This document shows, piece by piece, positions 1 to 12,147 of a stretch of DNA of 64,000 nt. Source of the stretch: Selaginella moellendorffii (Eukaryota; Plantae; Lycopodiophyta); the NCBI RefSeq assembly GCF_000143415.4, contig NW_003314262.1:947644-1011643 (forward strand). The letters are read 5' to 3'. The position numbers and the translations under genes were made by a program. The notes beneath the pieces were generated by a model, which saw nothing but the letters and a program-made list of their open reading frames with translations, had not been told where the DNA came from and made no database searches. Position 1 is the first letter of the stretch; each line of letters opens with the position of its first letter.

Positions 1-1314
1 CACCATCCCATCTCTCCATGACTGGGCCATCTGTCCACGAGTGGTCATCCTAGATCCACTCCTTAGCATCCTTAGGATGCCCACAGACCTGGGGAATCGC
101 CTTCCCCAAAGTCCCTTTGTCAGTTCCTACCAAGTCCCTTTCTGCCCCTGGCCGTGTTTGCCAACACTGTCACTGGATCGAGGCCCACAGGCCCAACCAC
201 TAAGTCCCATGGTCCTCTGGGACTTCCTCACCACACGACTGTGTCCTTGGTCACTACCCCAGAGGACTGCTCCTCTTCCTTTCCACAGTCTAGGCCTTTG
301 GGACAACATTTCGGAACACCGTGGCCTTACGTGAGCCACCTGGGTACTCTCCCCGCCTTTCGCCTTTAGGTGCTCTAGCCATGGGCTTAGAGCGAGGTTC
401 CGTTGAGCCACGCCTGGTATCCAAGTAGGTAGTGCCACCCACACTTGGACTGGGAGCATTGGTTAGTCGATCTCCCGAGGGAACTAGAGCCGGCTCTTGA
501 ACACTTCACCAAGCTACCCCGCTTGTCGGTCCGTATTCACTCTAGTCTTGGACTTCCCAGTGGTTAGTTCATCACCCAACACTGGGTCTGGCCTTCCAGG
601 GCCAAACTGGCCTTTCCTGGCCAAACTGGCTCCACTGCAGTCCTCCCCCTTACTATACTTTTGGAGCTCACCAAACCCCCCAGGGTCTGGGAGACGAACG
701 CTTTGGGCTTTCACCCTCTCAGACTCGAACTCAGACTCGGACTCGGACTCGGACTCGGACTCGAGCTCGGGCGCTGTCTCAGCCTTGGCCTCGGTCTCGG
801 TCTCGGTCCCGGTCTTGGTCCCGATCTCGGTCCCGGTCCCGGTCTCGGTCTCGACCTCGGACTCCATCTCGAACTCCATCTCAGACTCCATCTCGGACTC
901 CATCTCGGACTCCACCTCGGACTCCATCTCGGGTCCATCTTGGACTCCATCTCAGACTCCATCTCAGGTCCATCTCGGACTCCGTCTTGGTCCACCTCGG
1001 ACTCCATCTTGGGTCAATCTCGGACTCCATCTCGGGTCCATCTCGGACTCCGTCTTTGTCCACCTCGGACTCCACTTCGGGTCCATCTCAGGCTCTATAT
1101 CGGACTCCATCTCGGACTCCATATCGGACTCCACTTCGGGTCCATCTCGGACTCCAACTAGGGTCCATCTCGGACTCCATCTCGGACACTTCCACGTGTC
1201 ATGTGTTGGTCCTTTTTGGGTCCCTTTTTGGAGCCTCACTTATTGCTTGCTTCGTGCTTGTTCCTCGAGCCCTTTGTTGGGAGTTCCACTCCCACTCTCG
1301 ACCTTTCAAGTCAG
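1..1314 (-). mobile_element. Partial LTR of non-autonomous family B (runs off window start; truncated at ~1314)
   Basis: Colinear with LTRs 31159-32877 and 36434-37984, including the (GACTCG)n/(GGTCTC)n/(GGACTCCATCTC)n arrays. Similarity stops after 'ttcaagtcagag'. Confidence 0.9.
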
Positions 1315-1494
1315 AGGGAATGACTTGAGAGATGATCCATAGGGGTTCAAATATAGAGGGAAAGGGCCCATGAATAAGAGTGCACCCCCTTTTCCAATCG
1401 GTTAAGGGTCTTGGGATATTTGGGGTTAAGCGTCCTTGGGTTTGAATAGTACTGGGTTGGGTGACCTCCCGGGATCCAAACTTAGGAGCTTACA
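1315..1494 (+). mobile_element. Cassandra-like LTR 3' fragment containing a 5S rRNA-derived internal promoter segment
   Basis: 1424-1474 GGTTAAGCGTCCTTGGGTTTGAATAGTACTGGGTTGGGTGACCTCCCGGGA aligns to plant 5S AGTTAAGCGTGCTTGGGCGAGAGTAGTACTAGGATGGGTGACCTCCTGGGA (A box to C box). Both 5S termini are absent and the fragment ends in ...TTACA like an LTR. Confidence 0.7.
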
Positions 1495-2476
1495 CTTAGA
1501 ACACGACTAATCAAGCGAGTAAGCTTCTCAATATAGTCCCCGAGTGTCATTTTCCCTTGTTGGAAATGTCGAAGTTCCATTTCTCTTGCTGGAAATGTCG
1601 AAGTTCCATACGAGCATTCTCCACATCGTAATGAGGGGCAAAACATAAACGGAAACCAGCCTCAAATTCATCCATGGTAGACACTGGTGGTTTCTTATCC
1701 GCAACACGGGACTCCTCAAGCCAATTCCACCATTGAAGACCCACATCATGCAAAACCATCGGAATAGCCACTAAAGCCAAGAACTTCAAATTCATCCATG
1801 GTAGACACTGGTGGTTTCTTATCCGCAACACGGGACTCCTCAAGCCAATTCCACCATTGAAGACCCACATCATGCAAAACCATCGGAATAGCCACTAAAG
1901 CCAAGAACTTCTTCACATTGGCTAGCCAAGCGAGATACTCGTTCACACCACCATCACTAGAAAAAGTTGGAATCTTGAGTCGATCTACCAAAGAAGGCTT
2001 ACTTGGAGCGCTACCCCGTCCAGCCTCGAGTGCCTCAACATGCCCATGCATGCTATCCATCATGCCATGCATCTCATCTTGCATCTCTTGCTGATTTTTA
2101 TTAAGGGCTCGCAGCTCATGAACCACATCTTGAATGGTTCAAATCTCCACAGCTTCGTCGGCACCATCGTCGGCACCACCATCGACAATAGGATTCCAGC
2201 GTTCAGCTTGGTCAGCCATCGCAACCAACTGCTTTGATACCAATGTTATGATCTGGCGCAAAAAGATAGAGATCTAGTTGCCCTAGACTATGCTACACCA
2301 CCTTTTGAGGTTCCTCACCACCCAACCACCCCCAAGTTACCTCAAAAGCTCCACTGCGCCGCCGCTCCACTGTGAGCCCTAGGGTAGGTTAAGTCCCTTA
2401 CCCTAACATGCCTTAATATACCCTTGAGCCTCCTTTTGACCGATTTTGACCACGTAGTCAAAGCTGGCACCTAACA
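1495..2476 (-). mobile_element. Family C Ty3/gypsy 5' end: LTR 2244-2476, PBS, disrupted gag
   Basis: ~230-bp LTR matching 13195-13417, 25038-25254, 28803-29030 and 50607-50809. PBS TGGTATCAAAGC on minus strand at 2231-2242. Gag-like peptide LKIPTFSSDGGVNEYLAW...FEAGFRLCFAP. Confidence 0.88.
1662..1909. repeat. 124-bp tandem duplication frameshifting family C gag
   Basis: Block starting tcaaattcatccatggtagacactgg occurs at 1662 and 1786. ORFs ending at 1749 and 1873 share the same N-terminus. Confidence 0.92.
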
Positions 2477-2519
2477 GCCTAGGTCTCCTATGAGTTTGAC
2501 TTTGACTTTGATTCGAGTA

Positions 2520-3692
2520 CCTCATGCTTGTAATTTCCTAGAGGATATGCAAGACAAGCTTGAGTTGGCAAGGTTGAATATGAGGCAAGCTCAAAATCAA
2601 GACAAAAGATTTGCTAATGAGCATTGTCATCATCAAGAGTACAAAGTTGGTGACAAGGTTTTCCTTAAGCTGTCGGATGCACAACAATCTTTGAAAGGAG
2701 GTAGTAGTGCTAAGTTATCTCCATGGTATTGTGTGCCTTGGACAATTTTACAGCATGTGGGAGATCTTGCATACACTTTGGACTTGCCAGCTAGTTCAAA
2801 GATTCATCCAACATGCTATATGAGAAAGTTTAAAGTGTGCTTGCACTTTGGTGATGTCATAGATCAGTCCATCATCCAAATCCTAGAGATTGATGCTGAG
2901 AAGGCTGGGCCAGCCAATATTCTTGCTCAAAGTTTGGTGAAAACATGCCAGAAAACAACTAGGGAGTTGTTAATTCAATGGAATGGTTATTCCATGGATG
3001 AAGTAACATGGGAAATTGAGGATAACATGAAGAGAGTATTTCTGAGTTTTGGTTATAACTTGGATGACATTTCTGAGGAAAGGGAGAATTGAGTTCTATA
3101 GCCATATTGCTATATAATTTAAGTTGTTTATTTTATTCTCATTCTCTTGTTTCCATGACCGTATTGTCATGCAAAAAAGCCATATTGCTTTCTTTCTTTT
3201 GTGGCCATTTGTCGCAACATTAATGTTGCTGCTTGCACATCTTTTCTCCATGGCTGTATTGCCTTGGAATCCCTTCATGTGAGGCTCATTTAGCTTCTTG
3301 AGGCTGCTGTACGTGGCTGGGTCATGAGGGAGTGACACAAACCAAAAGAATATTCCAAGAATATTCTATAGCATGTGGGATTTAAGGCTGTAATGCCTTA
3401 AGGGTTGGGAGGTTGGCCTAGGGTTCACTTTTTTGTTTCAAGATCCATCTGCACACAAAAGCACTCACCAAAAATTAAGGTGATCTCACCTATGATACCA
3501 ATTGAAAGTACCTAGCTGCCAAATAGCACACTGTAGCAAGAGTTTATCATCTCCCAGCCACGCCTGAGCCACTCTACTCTCCTGCTCACAAGGTGTGAGC
3601 TTGCTACCTTGCCTAACCTAGATTAGATTAGGGTTAATTGACCTTGAGCCTTAATACTAAATATTCTTGTTGGATATTATTTGAGGATTACA
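2520..3692 (+). mobile_element. Degenerate chromoviral Ty3/gypsy 3' end (integrase C-terminus, chromodomain remnant, probable PPT and LTR)
   Basis: ORF 2490-3092 has KLSPWYCVPW (GPY/F-like), AYTLDLP..KIHP and LIQWNGYSMDEVTWE. Purine tract precedes TG at 3333. Right boundary approximate. Confidence 0.7.
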
Positions 3693-3739
3693 CGATAAAC
3701 CTTGTGTGTAAAGCTCAACAGAGGCCAATCGAACTTTGA

Positions 3740-4550
3740 AAGAAATCTCCCCTGAGATTGTTTGGGACACTTTCTCAAGTGCAACTTAATCAGGCAGGTG
3801 GTGGGACTTTCTTCTATTCTGCAAGGCTCTGGCCTCCCTCAGAAAGGAGACTCACCACCTTTGCTAATCAGCTCCATTTCTCGTCCAAGAGCACAGCAAG
3901 ACATGAGTTTTCGTTTCATCAGGCAGCAGAGCCAGTCACATCCTCTGTTAAGGTCGGCATCTTTTCCCTCACACTGGAAACAAGGCGATGGATCTTCAAA
4001 TTAACAGCAAAAGACTTAAATAGAGGCTTGGGGATTGATTAATTTCACTCTCAGATCCTTGATCCAGTTTATGATTTGAATATGCTAACCGCCTCCATGT
4101 ACTTTATCATGGAGTGACCTCTCTACTTGGACACCATATTCTCACGAGCTTTGCAGCCCTTTCTCAGCTCAACTTTCAGACCTCTCTGGACATCCATGGC
4201 ACTCATGGACCACACTGCCAAGCTACAGCAGAGACGAAGCTTCTTTTTAGGCTTTTCACCTGGAGCTACTTCTCGTGCCCACACAGGTCGACACTTGCTC
4301 ACAGCATTCCGCAATGGAGGTGTCTTCGGCAACAGCCATTGGTATCTCTCCTTTACCAGGTCTCCTGGGCTGCCATTTCCACTTGTAGCAGTCTACTCCA
4401 CACGGCAGCCGCAGCTTCTTCTCGTCACCACCTTACATCTTTCTGGCCTTGTTACCAACTTGGTGCCTGCTCCGCTCCTTACCTCTATCTTGTAGAAAGC
4501 TGGAAATTTGACTCCCTTCCATTATGCACCTGCAAGAATGTACATTGAAA
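3740..4550 (+). pseudogene. Possible LINE ORF2 C-terminal remnant
   Basis: Intronless, C/T-rich, frameshifted ORFs with a degenerate PHCQATAET motif. Weak similarity only. Confidence 0.3.
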
Positions 4551-5396
4551 CAAGCTATGCAATGTTGAGAGATTGAGCTTTTGTCTTTGAATTTTTTAAT
4601 GGCAAGTGTTGATAAAAGATTTGGTTGGAATGTTGCCTTGCATCTTTGCTTACGATGAGTGGTAAGATAACTGTAACTTAAGAATTGGCTATTTCTCTGC
4701 CACATAGCATGGAAAAGGTGCGTTCAAGTTAATCTTATATAGCGTTATATACCGAGACAGCAGCAAGGAAGCTCAAGGATATGGCGTAAATTTGTTGAAG
4801 AAGAGATTTCCTTATTTTCCTCTGCAAATGCACTTCTAGTTCTCTAAAAAGATTAGTCACCTAAAATATGAGAGCTTGCAACACTATTAAAAGTAGAATC
4901 TAAATTTTTCTTAGCAAACACTATTAATCACTAGCTTAAAGTTTCTTTGTAGCATAAAATTAACAGTGATGCTCACCACCACGTGGGATCCATAGAAGGA
5001 GTGCCAGATGCACTAGGCCTGGGTAGGAATTCAAGTCATCATCCTATTGTTTTCCTTAAAGAGCTGAGGATTCATTGTCAATGATGAGTCCTTGCTTTCT
5101 ACTAAATCCTGTAGAGATGCAACCAGTACAAGTGCACTACCTCTCAAAAGATGGAGGAAGATACTGATCAGAAGGGGTTAATGAACAGTGTCACATTTTA
5201 TAAAATGGAAACACTCACAGCCCACATAACAAAGAAACTGATGAACTAAGGCAATTCATAAACCGAAGTGTGTATAGGCCAGCTAGCCTCTTCCTCGCTC
5301 TTCATTGAAATGCCAGCTAGTTATCATTACTTCCATAAAGTTACTTAGGATGAAAAAAGATCTCTAGGTCTGGGAGTTGTCAGCAAAATAGCAAGA

Positions 5397-8326
5397 ATGT
5401 GCCCCGATGTCTCCAGTTTCAAAACACTCTTGGAGCATAAAGAAAAAGAAATTGTAGGTCTTTGTGAAGAGCAACTTCTTGCTTTGCAACACCAGGTACA
5501 TGGAATTGTACAGTGAAGATTGAATTTGTTTCTCTGGCAACCTCTGTCAGAAGGACAAGGAAATCTCGGAATTGACAAGTAGGCTTGTCCAGCTGCAAGA
5601 AGATTTTAAGGTTCTTGGCATCTGTTAATCCTCGACCTGAAGTTCCTGAATGATGTAGTATAACCTTTCTCTGCTGGACGAGCGCGATGCGGAGCTTACG
5701 GAATATGATGCATCAATCCCTGTGCTCCAGGTGCCTTGTGCTAGTTACAGGATTTTAAACAAATCTATACATAGTAGGCATCAGCTTTCGAAGCAGATGA
5801 ACGTCTGAAAGAAGCAACAATTGCGCTAGCACGATTATCACAGGTGAAAATACATTAGGTTTCACCCCAGAAAGTTTAGTGTCAAGCAGGAAAAGCAACG
5901 ACTTTTGGAACATGAAAAACACTTACAAGGAGAGCGCAATATGCTCTACAAACAGGTATAATTCATTTCCAGTTTTCCATATTCACCTTTTTGTGAAGGT
6001 GGAAACCCTAAAAGATGAAAAGAAAATCCTTTTGAAACAACTGCAGCAAGTTCAATCGGAAATTGCTGGTATGGCTGAAAGGCTGAAAAACTTTAATAGA
6101 AACACTCCTCCAGATCTTAGAAAACAAATTTCTCAAAAAGAAATTGAGTTTGCGAAGGAACTCCAAAAATTGGACTGTGAGAAATTGGATGGCTTGCGCA
6201 AGCAGAAGCTGGAGTCAGAGGTATGTTTCCTGTCGTCTATAAACGGTTTGGCTACAGTCGGCTTCCAGGCTGCAATGGATGAAGTATCAGCAAAATTGCA
6301 ATCGGAGTTGACATACTTTGTAAGTTGTACTTGTCAACTTGCTGACTGTCCACTGGAAATGACTGCACAGAGGTGTAAGCTCGATGAAGAGAGTCAGAAA
6401 TGTAAAGAGCAAGTGCGATCGGTAAGTTAGCAAGCTTTCCCTACAAAACTTGGTCAACGTCTACACTGCCACAGGAGCTGGAATTGCGTGCCACTGTTGT
6501 GGACAAGAACCAGCAGATACAGGTGCACGACTACGCTGTTTCTTCACGTACGTAACCCTGTGCTCTCTAGAGGATGGATTCCATAATTCAGCAATTACAA
6601 AGAGAAAGTGAGCGCTTAGAACTTGAATCTGAACTGGAGAGAAAACATCTTGTTGGGACACTTAAAGAGGTCGAAAGTGAATGTGAAGACCATAAAGAAC
6701 AAGTTGCACATTTGGTACGCAAGAATGAGGCTTTGCAACAAAGCTGCAAGGATTGGGAAAAGGACAAACTTGAGATTTTGAGCATGTACAATGAAAAGGT
6801 CAGGACATTTCGAGCTCGTTTTTTTAAAACTATGATGTTCACACAGATTGAGCAAGTTGGAAAGGAGAAGGAAAACCTGAGAAAGCAATTGAGGGATGCG
6901 CAGCAGTCAGAGGCGGACCTGAGAAGGACACTGTCAGCTCAAGAACATCGCAACAAGGTTTAAATGCAGGAGAATTTCCTTCTGTGCACTGATAAAGACT
7001 ATTTTTCTTTCCTAGGAATGCGATCTTCAGTGTGATAAATGGAAACTAAAGTGCGAAACTGCTCAGTATCAACTTAGACTTCTTGAGGTAGTTGAGGAAA
7101 TTGTTTATGGTTTCTGCTAACATTTATCAGGAGGCATATGCACGAGAGAGGGAGGCCCTTGTGAAGATCCATGAGTACAATGTACGTGTTGTGGTAATAA
7201 CTTTCACTACCTCACTAGCTTTTTAGTCGCGTATGCCAAATTCAAGAGCTAGTCGTCAAAAGCCCGATACAGTTCTGGACTCATGGCCCTTTGAGCCGGA
7301 GGATACCATCCCAGATCTTGATACCCAACGTATTGAATATGAGAATCGAAGACTAAGAAGCACATTACAAGATTTTCAAGAGGAAAATGCCAAACTAAGA
7401 GGGATTGTCGGTATGCAGATATATTTAATACCTACTGCATGGATATTACCCATAAGTCCTTAGAATCAATGCGCCTTGAGATGGAGAGCCTCCAAGAGCA
7501 TACTATAGAAATGGGAACCAAGCCAACTGAACTAAAAACTTTTGATACAAAGGCACGGTTCAATCTCCAAATTTTCCTGAGCTAGTTCGTTGTTTCTTGC
7601 CAGGTTCAGATAGATGAAGTGAAAAATCTTCAAAATGAGCTGCAGTCACTTAAAGATATGATAACTAAAATGGCATCAAAACTGCAATCTTCTGGCGATG
7701 CAAAGAAAGATAAGCATGAAAAAGTCAATGAAGACATTTCCAGGTAGTTTGTCTTTGGCAGGTGTAAATTATGATTGAACTTTAAGGTGTAGCGACATAC
7801 AGGAGACCCATGACCTGGAGCGGTCTCAAGTGATATTGCGTACACAACTAGAAGGAGCAATCGGAGATATCGCACGCATAACAAATGAGCGGGATTTGTT
7901 GATGGAGTTGAGCAACTCATTACGTGCAGATCTCAATAGGTGCTTAAATTTCTGAAAAATAGGTTGCTGTCTCAAAATATTTTGCACAGGGCGCGGAAAT
8001 GGGTTGCACCATGTGTGGAAGATGAAACACCTGACATTCACTGCTCGGAAGCAGTAAGTTGCCTACGTGATTACCATGATGTGAAAACATTGTGCAATCA
8101 GATGAAATCGGACCGTCTGCTAGTGGAAGGTAATATGGCGCCCCAACATTCAAGAAGTCCATCTCAAGCAACGACCCATAAGGTTCGACTAAAACCATGT
8201 TCTCTATTTATGGCATCCTTATTCAATCAGGGGACCGAGAGTCAACAATCTAGACTGAGAAAGATGAAATTGAAAGAACCGTATAAGCAGAAAGTTAGAA
8301 ATTACAACATTAAAGACGATGTGTAA
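5397..8326 (+). CDS. CCDC57: Multi-exon coiled-coil protein, CCDC57-like (centriole/basal body)
   Basis: Many ~50-nt GT-AG introns (e.g. 5496-5550, 5611-5658). Spliced peptide LQEDFK|YNLSLLDERDAELTEYD, later ERDLLMELSNSLRADLNR, and C-terminal KVRNYNIKDDV* resemble recalled CCDC57 conserved blocks. Confidence 0.75.
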
Positions 8327-8419
8327 AATAACCTCCGTGGCACAAAGGGACGTGGCAAGTTTTAAACGAACAGGTGTGACCTGGGTTTTTCGAAATTCTC
8401 GAGAAGAAACTGAGGAGAA

Positions 8420-9643
8420 ATGGAAGGCACATCAGAGCAGAGCCAAAACAAAATTGAGGAAGAATCAGCTGCTAATACCCTCCATGTGGACTCGACAAAA
8501 GCACGTGACAATGGGCCACTTGAATCCAACATGTGTTATCGCGCTGTACATATGGATCCACACCTGTGGGGAACACTTCCAGAAGATATACTTGACAGAG
8601 TGCTCGCCTGGCTTCCCACTCAAGCCCTAATCCGTTCTCGGAGTGTGTGTAGCCGCTGGAACTCCATAACCAGTTCCAACACCTTCCTCCACATCTACTC
8701 TCGGGTCCCTAGCAAAGACTCATGGATTCTCATGTTTGCGGATCCGCACTACAAGTCTGTCTTTGTCTACATCCCCAAAACCAACAAATGGCTCAATATG
8801 CCATTGGGCTTCCTGCCCTCCCACGTCGACAATGTTACTGTCGCAGGTGGATTGCTTTGCTTCCGAATGCTTGACTCCAACGGATCGTCTAGCATGTGCA
8901 TCTGCAATCCGCTGACCAGGACGTGGAGGAAACTCCCACCTATGCTCGGGCGCTGGTGCGGAAACTTGGTGGGTGTGGTCGTGGACAATGAACACCTGGA
9001 AAATGAGGAACGGAGCACATATAAAATTGTCGTGCAGACAAAGCACATGGTCCCCTACGGACTACGAACCGAGGTGTTCAGCTCGCACACGGACTTATGG
9101 ACAATTACTGGAGCGTCCGAGGCCAATTTTACTACTGGCTCTGCTTTCTGCAATGGTCATCTCTACTTCATGACCTGGGAGGCACATAACGGCGAGTTCA
9201 TATGTGATGGTGTCTATGCTTACAACCTTGAGCAGGGGATTTGGAACCGAGCCCTTGCTCCGATGCCGTACTTTTATATCTGTCCTCACCTGGTGGAATG
9301 TGGAGGGCATCTGCTCATGATTGGCGGCTTTTGGGAGCAGCCGGTGATCACTGTAGGGATACGGGTCTGGGAACTCAAGCAAGCAACACTAGAGTGGGCG
9401 ATAGTGGAGACCATGCCGCAACACTTGTTTAAACATCTGCTCAAACGGCCCGGGTACCGGCTTTTTAACTGCGTCGGCCACGGGGAACTTATATACCTCA
9501 GCGAGTGCCTCAGTCCCCAGCTATTTGTCGTTTTTGATTTTCCAAGGAAAAGGTGGTTTCAGATGGATACCTCCCCGCCAAACCATTATAGGGCCACCTT
9601 CTCCTGGTTCTCGTTTTGCCCTCGTCTTGATGCACGAGTATAG
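8420..9643 (+). CDS. Intronless F-box / kelch-like beta-propeller protein (407 aa)
   Basis: F-box LPEDILDRVLAWLP...RSVCSRWNS, followed by GGLLCF...ICNPLTRTWRKLPPM; terminal FCPRLDA. Confidence 0.93.
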   Translation: MEGTSEQSQNKIEEESAANTLHVDSTKARDNGPLESNMCYRAVHMDPHLWGTLPEDILDRVLAWLPTQALIRSRSVCSRWNSITSSNTFLHIYSRVPSKDSWILMFADPHYKSVFVYIPKTNKWLNMPLGFLPSHVDNVTVAGGLLCFRMLDSNGSSSMCICNPLTRTWRKLPPMLGRWCGNLVGVVVDNEHLENEERSTYKIVVQTKHMVPYGLRTEVFSSHTDLWTITGASEANFTTGSAFCNGHLYFMTWEAHNGEFICDGVYAYNLEQGIWNRALAPMPYFYICPHLVECGGHLLMIGGFWEQPVITVGIRVWELKQATLEWAIVETMPQHLFKHLLKRPGYRLFNCVGHGELIYLSECLSPQLFVVFDFPRKRWFQMDTSPPNHYRATFSWFSFCPRLDARV

Positions 9644-9964
9644 ACGCTACTGAGCTAAAAACTAAAAAGCGATCGGAGTATAACAGTGCAATAGTTTAGT
9701 TTCTGAAAGCCATGTAGAATCTCCAGAAACAAAGAAAGTTAATCAGGAATCGCTAAACTTGTGGCATAAGATAGGCCTAGAAGCATAACTATATCCATAG
9801 AGAGCGCTCAGAGAGTTCAATACATTATTCTGAACAAGTCTTCGCGCGATATAAAAGCAAGGGGAAACTGCTTGGACGTCATGTGATTTCAACGGGTGTC
9901 TTCTGTGTAGCCGTTGGATGGGAGTTATCTAGGCCATCAGTCCCAGTTGGCGGCATTTTCCCAA

Positions 9965-11372
9965 ATGCTGAAGATGTCCGAAAAAGCTTCGACGTTTGAT
10001 CTCTTGCGATGGTCTGTGCCATTCCAAGAGGAAAACACCCTCAGCAAGACTCCAGACCGTCATCTGACCACACCAGTCCATAACAAATTCAGGGACTATT
10101 CCGACATTAGAGCTCACCAGGTAAAAAAGATTAACTAGTCACAGCAGCTTAAAGCCTGCTTTTGTTTTAGAGAGCAAGTAGGATTCATTTTGGCGATGTG
10201 GTTACGGCTACTGGTCCTGTTGCCGGAACAAAAGAAATCGACAGCTTTGGTGAGGCTGCCAAAAAGAGGGACTTAAACGAAAGTCTGGAAACGGATGAAT
10301 ACACCATCGAAGGTCACCAGTCGGATGCCAAAGCAAGAGAACTCGTTGGAAGTAACATTTTCGGGAAAGTTCCAAAGGTTGAGGATTCTAAAAACGGGTT
10401 GTTTTCTTATATGATATTGTTGCAGTCTCCTCCGGGAAGACCTAAAACGCCTGAGAGGAAGCGGCCTACGAAACAAAAAGCTAACGAGCTCACAGGCGAT
10501 GAGATATTCAAATCCAAACCTCTTCCATCACCTCCTGATAAACTTGTGTGTGACGAAAAAATCAGGGAGCTAAATGGCAACGATATTTTTTCAGATGGAG
10601 AAAAACCTTCTAGAAGAAGAAACCCGCCAGGCAATAACTTTAAGTTAAAAACAATATAGCTGAAGATGCTGTTTCGTTGCAGATGTTGCTGCTAAAATTA
10701 AACAGTTCTATGGAACAAATCCTGCACTGCCGGATGTTAAAGAAAGTGCATTCTTGATGGCTCATCCTAAGAAAATGTCAGGTATTAATGCTACTGAAAT
10801 AAATAATTTTGAAAATTCACTTGAAATTTACGACAGATAAACACACTAGCGGAACTAAAATCAAAGAAATTGAAGGAAACTATGATCTGTTTTGTGGCCA
10901 AGATTGTCTGGATGTTGACAAGGCACCGCTTGGATTTCCACCTATTGGTCCGTAGCAACGTACATAAATTTATTTTTAAGTGCCTGTGAATGTGTAGGTC
11001 CTCATCCTGCAAAACGAAAGGAGCACATTGGAACAGATGGGTATCCTCCTGACACTCGTTTCCGTTACGACTCTGTAGCAGTTCCAAAAGCCAAAGGTCC
11101 ATCGTCTCTTTAATTATAGCACTGAACTCCAAAGGAGACTTCTCTACCTGCAGAGAAGTACCATGGTGATATGAAGCATCAGGAAATGAGTGGAAACTAT
11201 GATCTATTGAGTTATGCACCGAACAGGCGCGACCTTGCTGGTTACGTTAAATGCACCCCTGGTATTAATGCATGATCTTTACAATCACCTCAGAGTTTTC
11301 TCAACAGAAAAATCTGTGAGCATGGCAAAGCGGAGCGAGATGGTGGGTAATGGTATATTTGGACAAGTGTAG
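9965..11372 (+). CDS. DUF4057-family repeat protein, multi-exon
   Basis: STFDLLRW N-terminus and repeated KxxELxGxDIF motifs. Introns 10121-10170 and 10378-10425. The motifs continue past ORF stop 10659 (KEIEGNYDLF, QEMSGNYDLL, SEMVGNGIFG), implying further exons via a GC-AG intron at 10631-10682. Confidence 0.7.
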
Positions 11373-12081
11373 GTACAGCTTTGTCCTAATTAATTAAAAC
11401 TTGTTTTCTTTAATGAGACATGAAGCTCTAGCTGAGATTTTATTTTAGATAGATAGATATTTTTCACCGCAGCGCCTTGGTCATCTACTGTTTCCTAGAG
11501 CAGAGAGGAGAGGAGGAGCAAGTTCCAAGTTCCTTCCTGATTGCTCTCATTCCCGTCCTAGGCTACCCTCCCATGAGAGAGATATTCGATATGCACAAAA
11601 CTCTCTACACGTATTCTTAAAAAATATCCAATGTTATTTATACTCTGTACGATGTCTCCTTGTTTCTAAATCTGATGCTGTTGTTGACGCTTGTCTTTCA
11701 GAATGCAATTTCCTGATCTCGAATTTCATCACGTGGCTGATATCCTTGAGGTTGTCGTTATAACCCTAGAAAAGTCTCCCAGCTTGTGATCATCCTCAAC
11801 TATGCCATTTGACATCCAATACTACTTGAAGTGAGTGATGTGCCAATCTGTTTAGAATGAAATAAGTAAACAAGAATGTGAGCGGTCCACAAGTCTGCGC
11901 TTTAAATATGTACAAGAATAAGAAAAAATGCTTTAATCTCTCAAAAACGAGTCTCTCATGTTAGGTTCACCACATGTTGGAGCATTTCTAAAGCTCCCTA
12001 TACATGTTGAAGAGTATGTGCATGACTTCATGGAGACTTTCCTTGATGATGTTCCTATCTTAAGAATTGGCAGAGCATCTA

Positions 12082-12147
12082 GGAGATCCAACGAATCCAA
12101 GCTCTATCCTCACAGAAGAATGTGATGTGCTCATCCCAGGTGCTCTT
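12082..12147 (+). pseudogene. Isolated glutamate dehydrogenase gene fragment
   Basis: GDPTNPSSILTEECDVLIPGAL resembles plant GDH DPNSILxEDCDxLxPAAL. No flanking GDH exons seen. Confidence 0.55.

Noticed and set aside
497-1342. Long S/D/R/P-rich ORFs in all six frames (also near 23.2, 31.9, 37.2, 38.2, 44.5, 45.9 and 49.4 kb)
   Set aside because: Artefacts of stop-free 6/12-bp tandem arrays in LTRs; frames are not conserved between copies.
1424-1474. Functional 5S rRNA gene
   Set aside because: Only the central ~50 nt match; the 5' part, 3' stem and oligo-T terminator are absent.
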